From contig GG745546.1 of NCBI GenBank assembly GCA_002412085.1, positions 1,390-65,389 of the forward strand: DNA of 64,000 nucleotides, read 5' to 3'. Position 1 is the stretch's first letter. Each line of letters starts with the position of its first letter. The translations under genes were made by a program, and so were the position numbers. The stretch is from Candidatus Parvarchaeum acidophilus ARMAN-5. GTDB taxonomy: Archaea > Nanobdellota > Nanobdellia > Parvarchaeales > Parvarchaeaceae. The notes beneath the pieces are model-generated. The model saw nothing but the letters and a program-made list of their open reading frames with translations, ran no database searches and was not told the DNA's origin. Shown piece by piece: positions 39,677 through 49,567 of the stretch.

Positions 39677-40243
39677 GTGAAATCAAAAATTCTAGTAGTA
39701 GGTTTTTCGTCGCTTCCCGGAGGAGGCAAAGATTACATAGCAGACATAATATGCGAAAGGTATGGATTTTCTAAAGTATCTCCTGGAGACATAATAAGAG
39801 AGAAAATGAGCAAGATGAAAAAAGGAAAGATAAGCAGAGAGGACCAGCAAAGACTACAGGCAAGCCTAAGGAAAAGATATGGAAAGGATTACGTTATGGA
39901 ACTTTGCCTAAAGAAAATAAAAAGCATGCATACGGACAAGGCAGCTATCGCAGGTATACGTTTTCCCGCGGATATAAAATTCTTTAAACGTGGAAAAGAT
40001 ATATCTTTCTATAACATATTCGTATACGCACCTACCAGGCTTAGATTTGAAAGGACTCTAGAGAGAAAAAGGATCGATGCGCCGATTTCATACAGGGATT
40101 TTATAAACGGAGACAAAAATGAAAAAAACATATTCCACTTGGACGAAACCGAAAAAATATCGGATTTCAAACTTAATAACGGAGAGAACGATTCTAAAAA
40201 ACTATACGTTAGAATAGACAAGATACTTAAGAAAATAATGTAA
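39677..40243 (+). CDS. P-loop nucleotide kinase (archaeal dephospho-CoA-kinase-like)
   Basis: SLPGGGKD Walker A, GDIIRE, LRKRYG, GIR, RFER..R.R.D. Confidence 0.75.
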   Translation: MKSKILVVGFSSLPGGGKDYIADIICERYGFSKVSPGDIIREKMSKMKKGKISREDQQRLQASLRKRYGKDYVMELCLKKIKSMHTDKAAIAGIRFPADIKFFKRGKDISFYNIFVYAPTRLRFERTLERKRIDAPISYRDFINGDKNEKNIFHLDETEKISDFKLNNGENDSKKLYVRIDKILKKIM

Positions 40244-40924
40244 TCACTTTTCCGATTTTTCCGCGGCAGTTATATCAAGATAGAATTTTCCATCGTCTGC
40301 TATGACCTTGCTTTCCTTTATCGATATCCTATACTTAAAGTTCGGCCCGTCTAATACCGCCGTCTCCGCTTCTCCGCCTTCGAAAGCGGCATGAAACCTG
40401 TACTTTCTGCTAAGTTCCAGGAGTTCCGGTAAAGTCTCTTCGTTTATTTCTCTGCCTAGCCAGCTCTTGTCCAGCCCTTCTGCAGATACGGATATTATCG
40501 CTATACGAAAACCTTCTTTTACAAGTTCTTTTAGATAATTTTCAACGTCTATATTCCACAGTGGAGTTATTGACTTTAATGACATTTCTTCCAATATCTT
40601 ATTTATTCTGTCATATTGGTATCTGCTGTTTATAGCGCCGCTTACAACTCCTTCTATTCCGTACTTATCCTTTATTTCTTTTATAAAAGTTTTTAGATCC
40701 TTCAGCTCCTCCTCCTTTATTCCCTCCGTTTTATAATATTCTAATGGAACATTCATTGCATCTGCCTGTAAATCAAGCAGTTTTCTGCCGACTGTATGGA
40801 ACATGTATGAATCGTTATTATCTGAGTATATGTTCATAAGACATACCAACTCGTTTTCTTTTGACGCTAAGAAAGCGGAGTATGTAGAATCCTTGCCTCC
40901 TGTGAACAAAGCTGCAATTTTCAT
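40244..40924 (-). CDS. dph6: Diphthine-ammonia ligase
   Basis: LFTGGKDS, SYMFH, GAINSRYQ, PLW, EGGEAET. Confidence 0.93.
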   Translation of the reverse strand: MKIAALFTGGKDSTYSAFLASKENELVCLMNIYSDNNDSYMFHTVGRKLLDLQADAMNVPLEYYKTEGIKEEELKDLKTFIKEIKDKYGIEGVVSGAINSRYQYDRINKILEEMSLKSITPLWNIDVENYLKELVKEGFRIAIISVSAEGLDKSWLGREINEETLPELLELSRKYRFHAAFEGGEAETAVLDGPNFKYRISIKESKVIADDGKFYLDITAAEKSEK

Positions 40925-40963
40925 ATTAGATTAAATATATATTATGAATATTTAACTAATTAT

Positions 40964-41521
40964 ATGGCCAGAAACTTTTTGCTGAGCGACGAAAAATTTA
41001 TTCTAGTGGAAAAGCCGTCCGTGCTGGGACAGAAGGAATTTTGGAGAGGGATTTCCATAATGATCCTATCTGCGGTGATTTTCATACTCCTTTCATTATT
41101 TCTGCCGTCTTACGACTTAACTATTAACGCCGTCCTCTCCTATGTGGGTGTATCTATACCTGTACTGGGAAGCTTACCTGCCATATCTATAACACTTGAA
41201 ATAATAGGCATAGTATATGTGGCTATTTCCGAACTGCAGGTATACTTTATAGAGTATATGATAACCAACTCAAGAGTAATAATCCAAAAAGGCGTAATAG
41301 CAAAAGACACAAACATAATTCTTCCCGCAAAGATAAGCGATGTTTCTGTTGACATAAGTATAATGGACAGGATACTCAAGCTAGGCAAGATCGTTATAAG
41401 ACCAGAGGAGCAGGGCAGGCCAAACATAGTATTAAGAGGTATACACGATCCTTATTCGTTCCAGGGTTCCGTTCTTAAACTTATAGGCAACGTGACTTAC
41501 AGAAATCCTAATGGAAACTGA
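40964..41521 (+). CDS. Membrane protein with bacterial PH (bPH_2) domain
   Basis: 2 TM then YMITNSRVIIQKGVI..KISDV..RILKLG.I. Confidence 0.75.
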   Translation: MARNFLLSDEKFILVEKPSVLGQKEFWRGISIMILSAVIFILLSLFLPSYDLTINAVLSYVGVSIPVLGSLPAISITLEIIGIVYVAISELQVYFIEYMITNSRVIIQKGVIAKDTNIILPAKISDVSVDISIMDRILKLGKIVIRPEEQGRPNIVLRGIHDPYSFQGSVLKLIGNVTYRNPNGN

Positions 41522-42113
41522 AAGGCTGACAAACGCATCGGGATTTTTCATATCTTCTATAACTACGCTGTCTCTTGCTGTAATGCTTTTAAGTTATATA
41601 AGGTCGCAGCTTATCTCTCTTTTTGAATTCTCCTTCATAATAATTATTTTCTTGGCTTCTCTATATCTTAGATACAGAGAATTTCACAAAGTATGGAACA
41701 TTGAATCGAAAAGCTTTGCAAGGATAACTTCTGTAACAACACTTATCCTTGGTGTATTGCTTCTTGCCGTTTTCCTTTATTTTGGAGTAAAGACACAAGA
41801 TGTAACTTTCCCGCTCAGCCACTATTCCCTTAACCCATACTTTATAGTTATGGGAGTAATATGGCTGGTTTATTCGATTATTGAGATATCTACAGTAAAC
41901 AAATTATCGGATAAATACAGTAATTTCAGGTATCTTGCATACTTCAGTTCCGTATTGACGTTGGTTGCTTTGATTACTGTAGGGTACGTTGAACTACTAT
42001 TACCAATCGCTCTTCTGCTTGTTACTGTATCTACCTTTATATCGGGTATAAGAATATACTACCACAGTTACAACGGTGAAAATAGGAAATTCAAGGGAGT
42101 TTACAGGTTATAA
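41511..42113 (+). CDS. Hypothetical polytopic membrane protein
   Basis: About 6 hydrophobic helices; overlaps the upstream stop. Confidence 0.7.
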   Translation: METERLTNASGFFISSITTLSLAVMLLSYIRSQLISLFEFSFIIIIFLASLYLRYREFHKVWNIESKSFARITSVTTLILGVLLLAVFLYFGVKTQDVTFPLSHYSLNPYFIVMGVIWLVYSIIEISTVNKLSDKYSNFRYLAYFSSVLTLVALITVGYVELLLPIALLLVTVSTFISGIRIYYHSYNGENRKFKGVYRL

Positions 42114-42513
42114 TCTAATCTATCGAATTGTTTACTACACAGATTTTGAGCCTATGTCTGGGATATACTGATAGTATATTATAATTTATAGAAGAAACAA
42201 AAAGAGTTACGGTAATAAAAAATTAAACCTGTTTAAGTATATCTCTTATAAAACTAAAAATCCGGTAAAAGAGAATGACAATGCTATAACAAATAGAATC
42301 AGCTCCTTGACACTTCGATAGAGGATTTTGTAATCTGAGCGTTACAACTATAGGGATTGGAACATCGACTATAAAAATCTTCTACACCGATTTTTCCTCG
42401 GGACTTAAACCCAATACATTGCGCGCATAACCCACAAACGGACATTATAATCCTAAAAATAAACGTATAATTTTTTTGTGTTATAATGAAAATATTTTAA
42501 ACTCTTAGCAGAA

Positions 42514-42596
42514 TGCAGAGAGGGGGATTTGAACCCCCGAAGGCCTGAGCCACTGGCACCTGAAGCCAGCACGTTTGACCGCTTCGCTATCTCTGC
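42514..42596 (-). tRNA. tRNA-Leu(CAG)
   Basis: Acceptor stem GCAGAGA/TCTCTGC-A; CTGGC-TTCAGGT-GCCAG; long variable arm; TTCAAAT. Confidence 0.95.
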
Positions 42597-42783
42597 TCTT
42601 TATCTAACTATTAAAATTCCGTTGTTATTAAAAGCATATTGGTGAATATTTTTTATTGCATTGACAAAATAAATTTTACTTGACGCATAAAACTATAATG
42701 AATTTTTAATATGACTATTAAATTTGCTGAAACGACCTTAATTTTTATCTTTTTGAAAGAAAGATTTGCTATATATAAAAATT

Positions 42784-42799
42784 AAAAAATTATTTATAT
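42784..42799 (+). promoter_or_regulatory. BRE/TATA promoter for the leaderless micro-ORF
   Basis: aaaaaat-ta-TTTATAT, with the TATA starting 27 nt before ATG 42820. Confidence 0.6.
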
Positions 42800-42819
42800 G
42801 ATGAGTGAATTTTTACATT

Positions 42820-42867
42820 ATGGCAACAAAGAAAAAAGCAGCTAAAAAGAAAGGGAAGAAAAAGTAA
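42820..42867 (+). CDS. Putative 15-aa Lys-rich microprotein MATKKKAAKKKGKKK
   Basis: Purine-rich ORF in an otherwise AT/T-rich spacer, with a correctly spaced TATA and downstream hairpins plus a T-tract. Confidence 0.65.
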   Translation: MATKKKAAKKKGKKK

Positions 42868-42868
42868 G

Positions 42869-42973
42869 ATTTGAGTAAAACTCAAATAATACCGCTATGT
42901 CAACCGTCAAAACGGTTTACACTTCCATTCCTTTTTAAAACAGATTTTATTTTTTTTATTTTTAAATTTTTTT
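42869..42973 (+). terminator. Two hairpins followed by long T-tracts
   Basis: ATTTGAGT-aaa-ACTCAAAT (42869-42887), AACCGT-caaa-ACGGTT (42902-42917), T-runs at about 42930-42973. Confidence 0.6.
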
Positions 42974-43008
42974 AAAGTTTATATAACATATCTTGTCTTC
43001 TATTAATC

Positions 43009-43563
43009 ATGAATTTAGATGATACGATTTCGAATTATAAAAGTGCTATAGTAGTATTAGGCGGAAGCTGCGACAGATTCAAAAAGAGACTAGAAAAAGG
43101 TATAGAATTACAAAAACAACAGAAAGAAGCGTTGTTGTTGATCGCTGGGCAAAATATACATTCCAATGATGATTTAATGAACATGCTATCTGGCAATGAA
43201 GATTTTATCTACGAAAACCAGTCGATAAACACGCTGGATAACGCTGAAAATGCTTATATGATGTTAAAGGCAATAAACAAAAACCAGATGGATAATTCTC
43301 TATATAATTCGCTGCAGTATAACGGAGGAGTAAGAGATGTATATATCGTAACTGACACACTGCATATGATTAGAGCAAAAAGATATTTCAAACGCACTTT
43401 TGATACTGAATTCGAACTTCATTTTAATTCTATACCAGAAGACCAGAATGACCTGCCAAAAAAGATAATATATGAACTTTCCGGTTATTTGGTCTCTTTC
43501 CTGCCAAGGGATTATATAAATAAGGCAAAACACATAAAAAACAAATATTTTAAACGGATATAG
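43009..43563 (+). CDS. YdcF/ElyC/SanA (DUF218) family protein
   Basis: AIVVLGG, ENQSINTLDNA, IVTDTLHMIRA. Confidence 0.85.
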   Translation: MNLDDTISNYKSAIVVLGGSCDRFKKRLEKGIELQKQQKEALLLIAGQNIHSNDDLMNMLSGNEDFIYENQSINTLDNAENAYMMLKAINKNQMDNSLYNSLQYNGGVRDVYIVTDTLHMIRAKRYFKRTFDTEFELHFNSIPEDQNDLPKKIIYELSGYLVSFLPRDYINKAKHIKNKYFKRI

Positions 43564-43796
43564 TTACTGCCGGTAAATTAAGTGTAAATAAATTAGAAAA
43601 GAATATACAAACTATAATTAGAAACTCTTTTTAGAAAATTTAATTGTATAATATATATTGCATGTTTTTTCTGCCATTTTGCTTACTTACTCTAGTGCTA
43701 TTATATGGCTCAAATGTATTTAGTAGGATATACGGCAAGTATAAATAGTATTAAATACAAAATTTAAAAATTAGGATATAATTATGGTGATTTAAA

Positions 43797-45991
43797 ATGC
43801 CAGAAAAAGAATCTTTGACGGATAAAGTTGTGCGATTGATGAACCAGCAGAGTCGCATAAGAAACATAGGTGTAATAGCACACGTAGACCATGGGAAGAC
43901 TACGACATGTGATACTTTACTTGCCGGCTGCGGAATGCTTTCCGAAGAAAAAGCGGGAAAGCAGCTTTATCTTGACTCAGAAAAAGTAGAACAGGAAAGA
44001 CAGATGACAGTCAAATCTTCTAACGTTAATATGGTCTATGAGAGAGAAAGAAAATGACGAATACCTTATCAATCTTATAGATACGCCCGGACACGTAGAT
44101 TTCGGAGGACACGTTACGCGTGCCATAAGAGCTATAGACGGCGCAATAGTCGTTATGGATTCCGTAGAAGGAGTAATGCCACAAACAGAAATGGTTCTTA
44201 AACAGGCATTAAGAGACAAAGTAAAACCTATACTATATATTAACAAGATCGACAGACTTATAACAGAGATGCGTTTTTCCCCTGAAGACATGCAGAAGCA
44301 TTTGGTAAAGCTTATAACTCAGATTAATTCCTTTATAAATGACCTTGCGCCAGAGGATGTAAAAGCCAAATGGCAGGTTTCCGTTCAAGATAACACCGTA
44401 GCTTTCGGTGCATCCAGGGACAACTGGGCCCTTTCATTTAAAAGAATGAAAGCCACGGGACTGTCATTCAAAGACGTATATGAGACTTACACTTCTAACG
44501 ATAAAGAAAAGATAAAAGAACTTTCCAAGAAGACGCCGGTTCACAAAGTATTGCTTGACATGGTTATAGAGCACCTTCCAGATCCCGTAGAAGCACAGAA
44601 GTACAGAATACCTATAGTATGGCATGGCGAAATAGAAAGCGAAATAGGTAAATCGCTTATATCATGTAACCCAGAAGGTCCTTTAATGATTTCAGTAACT
44701 AACATAGAGATAGATCCACAGGCGGGAGAAATAGCCGTAGGTAGGATTTTCTCGGGAAAAATAAGCAGAGGACAGGACGTTTACCTTATCAATAACAAAC
44801 AGATAAACAAAGTACAACAGATATACATCTGGAAAGGTCCGCAGAGATTCCAGGTAGAGAGCGCACTTGCCGGTAATCAGATAGGAATGGCTGGACTTAA
44901 GAACATCATCTCTGGAGAAACGCTATGCGGAGCAGATTTACATGACGTAACTCCATTTGAGCCGATAAAACATTCGCTTCAGCCAGTAGTCGTAAAAGCA
45001 ATAGAACCAAAGAATCCTAAGGATTTGCCGAAGCTTATACAGGCACTTAGAGAACAGGAAATATACGATATAGCACTTAAAGTCTCTATAAACCATGAAA
45101 CCGGAGAAAACCTTATAGCAGGTTTAGGTACATTGCACCTTGAAATAGTCGAAGACAAACTTAGAAGGACATACGGCATAGATATAGTAAGTTCGCAGCC
45201 TATAGTGGTTTACAAGGAAAGCATAGCTGCCAAAGGACCTATAGTCGAAGGTAAATCTCCGAACAAGCACAACCGTTTCTATTTGTATGCGGAGCCGCTT
45301 TCACCAGAGGTAGTAGAAGCCTTAGCCGATGAAAGCATGCCTACGGGTAAGATAAAAGCTTTCACGCAGGAAAACATAGAACTTCTTATAAAAGCTGGTA
45401 TGACAAGAGAGGAAGCAAAGAGTATTTCTGCCATCTATGGAGAGAATATGATAGTGGACAGCACAAGAGGTATAATCCATATAGGTGAAGTAATAGAGAT
45501 GTGCATAGATTCGCTTCAATGAAGTCATGAAAGAAGGACCACAGGCAAGAGAGGAGGTTCGCGGCGTCAAGATAGTACTTACTGATATGATGTTACATGA
45601 AGACGCCATACACCGTGGACCTGCACAGGTTATACCTGCCGTTAGAGATGCAATAAAGGATGCGATGCTTCAGGCAAATCCAATAATACTTGAACCTATA
45701 CAGATATTAAGGGTAGACTTGCCGATGGCAAATCTAAGCAACATAAGTGCGCTTATACAGTCAAAGAGAGGTATTATAGACAATGTAAAGGACGATGGAG
45801 ATAAAGCTGTCATAACGGCCGAGATGCCAGTAGCTTCTACATTCAACTTTACAAATGAACTTAGATCCGGCACGGAAGGAAGAGGTTCGTGGTCGCTTGC
45901 AGGAGAAACCTTCAAGAAACTACCTAGAGACATACAGCCTGTTATAATAAAACAGATAAGAGACAGAAAAGGATTAGAGCCTATGCAGTAA
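43797..45991 (+). CDS. fusA: Translation elongation factor EF-2; two +1 frameshifts (about 44040 and 45514)
   Basis: AHVDHGKTT, DTPGHVDF, INKID, KSPNKHN, diphthamide loop DAIHRGPAQ; GGTGA SD at 43786-43790. Confidence 0.96.
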
Positions 45992-46069
45992 ATGCATGTC
46001 TTATTCTTCTATAGTTATAAAGTAATTTATTTGGTTACTGATAAAAAGCCATTTGTATTTGGTATATAA

Positions 46070-47578
46070 CTAATTTGTGGCGTTTACGCTGTAAACCGCT
46101 CTTGCTCCATTGGTGCCGCTAAGATAAAGCGTGTACTGCACTCCCGAAAGCAATTCCAAAGTGACTAGACCTTCTCCAACGTTCATATTACCTAAATATG
46201 TGAGTGTTACACTTCCACCTGGTGAAAGAGCATAACCGAAGTTATTTGGCATTGAGAAGTTACTCTCATTTACAACGTAATTTGCGAAACGAGAATTATT
46301 ATAGGTGAGGTTAAAATCTGAACTGTTTATATCGTTTATACTAACACTGCTTACATTCAATGGAAGATTTGCAAGCCCCTTACCAGAAAAAGGAAGGAAC
46401 ATTGTGCCGTTTGCTGATATTAAGAAGTTTATGGACATGCCATACATTATTTTTCTCATGATGTTTAATCTGTTTTGATTTGCTTTAATGTTATTCATTA
46501 TACTTATTTCTGTGTTATTGAACTGCTGTTGTATCTTTCTGCCTATGTTTCCAAATCCTGCTAAGCCTCCGTGGATATTGCCTCTTAATCCTCCAGATAT
46601 ACTTATATTCATTCCATTGAGTTTGCTGTATAATGACTTATTAAGATTGCCCATGAATTTAGGCAAGCCGGAAATAATATTTGACTGGTTCCTGCTGTAG
46701 TTCAAAAGATACTTTGAAAGATATCCTCTGGAATAGTTGTAAGACTGGGAATAATTGTATTTATTTGAATATTTATGGCTGTTATTGAAAAGATACTGAG
46801 TATGATTAAGGGTAGAGATCAGCATTCCGTTCGACATCTTTAGTCTTAGGTTCTGCAGAATGACCGATTTATTCGAATTATCCTTTACTGTAACTGTAAC
46901 GTCTGTTAAATTTCCTTTCTGACTTAAGATCGCCGAAGTTATAGTTATATTCGCTCTTTCTGCAAACAAGGATCTGTTTATATTGGCAGGGATATGCGAT
47001 ATGCTTCCGATCGTTTTATGTATTATACCGGTAGTTGATACTGCTGTAAGCGATGGAAGCAGTACATACTGCACAGAACCAGCAGTATAAACGGTTATAA
47101 GTGCAGGAGCAAAATCCAGCACTAAATCCGATGAGCTGTTGATTCTATTACTAGCTAAATTGGCAGTGATAATCGAACTGGGTACAGTAACATTATACAA
47201 AGTGCCGTTTATTACCGCCGATGCTGAAACGACATTGAATCCTATTAATTTTACTGATGAATTGACTGGAAGATTGACTTCTGCCAGTACTTTTGAAACA
47301 TTGAACAGTGATAGTAAATCTATATTCCCAGTAGAATTAACGGTTTTTACGCCACCGGATGAATTTGTATAAGTATAAAGCATGCTAAATGAAGAATAAG
47401 TTATTGACAAATTAGTCGTATTCGCAGGTACTTGCGCCGGGTCTGTAAGAGATATTGGAACAGCTGCTAATGAAGTGCTTGTAGTAGTTGTAGTAGTGAC
47501 ATTTCCATGATAAGTAAAAGCCACTATTACTATTATGATAATTAAAACCAATATACCTGCAAGCAGTCCTTTATTCAT
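46070..47578 (-). CDS. Membrane-anchored DUF4382-like surface protein
   Basis: N-terminal TM, poly-Thr linker, ISLTDP, IDLLSL; many sequons. Confidence 0.65.
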   Translation of the reverse strand: MNKGLLAGILVLIIIIVIVAFTYHGNVTTTTTTSTSLAAVPISLTDPAQVPANTTNLSITYSSFSMLYTYTNSSGGVKTVNSTGNIDLLSLFNVSKVLAEVNLPVNSSVKLIGFNVVSASAVINGTLYNVTVPSSIITANLASNRINSSSDLVLDFAPALITVYTAGSVQYVLLPSLTAVSTTGIIHKTIGSISHIPANINRSLFAERANITITSAILSQKGNLTDVTVTVKDNSNKSVILQNLRLKMSNGMLISTLNHTQYLFNNSHKYSNKYNYSQSYNYSRGYLSKYLLNYSRNQSNIISGLPKFMGNLNKSLYSKLNGMNISISGGLRGNIHGGLAGFGNIGRKIQQQFNNTEISIMNNIKANQNRLNIMRKIMYGMSINFLISANGTMFLPFSGKGLANLPLNVSSVSINDINSSDFNLTYNNSRFANYVVNESNFSMPNNFGYALSPGGSVTLTYLGNMNVGEGLVTLELLSGVQYTLYLSGTNGARAVYSVNATN

Positions 47579-47698
47579 AAAAATAGTAGTTATCCACAGT
47601 ATTAATAATTTTTTTATTCAAAATTACGAACATGTAAAAGGATAATGCAAAGGGATAGTTATATTGATATATAAAAACAATAAATAATCTTAATTTCT

Positions 47699-48175
47699 TT
47701 GATAACTATGGAATGTCCATTTTGTCAGTCTACGATCCTGAAGAAAGAGAGCTTTTACGAAGATGATTTTTTTAGAGCCATATACAATTTACGCCCTGTA
47801 GTAAAAGGACACTGTCTTGTGATACCTAAAAGACATATAGAGGAGCTTTACCAGTTGAAAGAGAATGAGAGAAAAGACTTCATATATTTTTCAAACAAAG
47901 CCATATTCATAGCCGAAAAATACAGCGAAACTAACGAATTTGATTTCCTTCTTCAAAAAGGAGAGAACGCAGGACAAAGTATAAAACACCTGCATTTTCA
48001 TATCATACCCAGAAAAAAGAACGACATACTTAAAGTTGCAAAAAAAGAGTTTCTGAAGACTTTTCAAAAAGAAGAAAACTCTGACAAAGTAGTATCGGAA
48101 CAAGAAATGACAAAGATAGTTTCTGAGTTAAAATCCATCGCTGAAAAGCACAGACTGCAGATAAACGAGCTATAG
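47699..48175 (+). CDS. HIT family nucleotide hydrolase
   Basis: CPFC, GHCLVIPKRH, AGQSIKHLHFHIIPR. Confidence 0.93.
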   Translation: MITMECPFCQSTILKKESFYEDDFFRAIYNLRPVVKGHCLVIPKRHIEELYQLKENERKDFIYFSNKAIFIAEKYSETNEFDFLLQKGENAGQSIKHLHFHIIPRKKNDILKVAKKEFLKTFQKEENSDKVVSEQEMTKIVSELKSIAEKHRLQINEL

Positions 48176-48211
48176 ATTAAGTATTTATACTACTTTATCT
48201 CAGTAAAATTA

Positions 48212-48520
48212 ATGAATAATGAAGCCAAAAGAAAACTTGAAAACTTACTTGGAAACGGATCCGTGAACCTTAGGATAGGTGATAGCGCAGCGGGCGAGAT
48301 ATATAGAATGTACAAAAAAGACGGAAATTATTTCAACAGGGTAAAAAAAGCAATCGATAAGATATGCTATAATCCCAAGCAGGCTGAGAAGCTTAGCGGA
48401 CCGATGAAAGGGTACTGCAGCAAACACGTAGGAAGCAAGGTCATAATATTTAGGTATAGTGATCCAAATAATGTTTACATTGAAAACTTAGATGAACATG
48501 ATTCTGCTTACGGTTTATAG
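48212..48520 (+). CDS. RelE/ParE-superfamily toxin-like protein
   Basis: KAIDKI..NP..AEKLSGPMKG..SKHVG.KVIIF..HDSAY. Confidence 0.7.
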   Translation: MNNEAKRKLENLLGNGSVNLRIGDSAAGEIYRMYKKDGNYFNRVKKAIDKICYNPKQAEKLSGPMKGYCSKHVGSKVIIFRYSDPNNVYIENLDEHDSAYGL

Positions 48521-48559
48521 ATATAAATAAAAAAAGCATATTCAATAGAAAGACCATGC

Positions 48560-49567
48560 ATGAAAAATTACATAATTATACCGACGTACAAGGAAGCGGA
48601 GAACCTTAAGGATTTGCTTCCGCTACTTGTTAAATATAATGTAATAGTCGTTGATGACCATTCCCTCGATGGAACTGACAGAATCTGCAGAAAATATAAA
48701 AACGTAAGATTGATAACCAGAAAGGATAAAAGGGGGCTTTCTTCTGCGGTTCTTGACGGCATACTTTCGATAAAAGACAGAGACGCAAAAATAGTGGTTA
48801 TGGACGCTGACTTTCAGCACGATCCAGCAAAAATACCAGAGTTCTTAGAGAAACTAAAAAAGTTCGATGTCGTATATGGACATAGAGAAGAAGCTCAAAT
48901 GAGTTTAAGCCGAAATATTATCTCTAAAGTAGCTTCTGTATTGGCAAAGAGCATGATAAACGGTATAAAGGATATGAAAGACCCGATGTCGGGTTACTTT
49001 GCATTTAAAAAAAGCTCTATTGATATTGAAAAGATAAAGCCCATTGGATACAAGATCATGCTAGATGTAATGGCAAGCATGAAAGAAGGCGGCAAAATAG
49101 GAGAGGTAAACTTTAAATTCGGAGACAGAAAAAATGGAAAGTCCAAGCTTACAAACAGAGTAATGTTAGACTTTATCCTGCAGCTAATGGAGCTTAATAA
49201 TTTCAGGTTCTTGAAATTTGCGCTTGTCGGTCTAAGCGGTATAGTGGTAAACGAGTTCTTTGCATTTGTATTCCATACTTTTCTGCCGCTTTACCTTGTT
49301 TTCATAGCATCGGCTGAGATATCCATACTAAGCAATTTTATACTTAACCATAAAATAACCTTTGAAAGTAGAGTGAGCATCAGGCAGGCACTGCCAAGGT
49401 ATAATCTAATTGCCCTTGTCGGTCTCGTGATAAATGTCTCGACGGCTCTATACTTATCGATCTTTGTATATTATTTGTTAGCTAACCTTATAGGAATAAT
49501 AATAGCTTTTGTATTCAATTATATATTGTCTGAGAAATATGCATGGAAGTCTTATGAAAACGACTAA
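48560..49567 (+). CDS. Polyprenol-phosphate glycosyltransferase (GT2, DPM1-like) fused to a GtrA domain
   Basis: IIPTYKE, VDD.S.DGT, MDADFQHDP, DPMSGYF, C-terminal RFLKFALVG GtrA. Confidence 0.9.
   Translation: MKNYIIIPTYKEAENLKDLLPLLVKYNVIVVDDHSLDGTDRICRKYKNVRLITRKDKRGLSSAVLDGILSIKDRDAKIVVMDADFQHDPAKIPEFLEKLKKFDVVYGHREEAQMSLSRNIISKVASVLAKSMINGIKDMKDPMSGYFAFKKSSIDIEKIKPIGYKIMLDVMASMKEGGKIGEVNFKFGDRKNGKSKLTNRVMLDFILQLMELNNFRFLKFALVGLSGIVVNEFFAFVFHTFLPLYLVFIASAEISILSNFILNHKITFESRVSIRQALPRYNLIALVGLVINVSTALYLSIFVYYLLANLIGIIIAFVFNYILSEKYAWKSYEND

Noticed and set aside
39601-39729. N-terminal extension of the 211-aa ORF overlapping the divergent kinase
   Set aside because: Paralog alignment places the start at 39600
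43797-45991. EF-2 (and kae1, rps15) as true pseudogenes or naturally split genes
   Set aside because: Essential genes with intact motifs; each break is repaired by a single-base deletion
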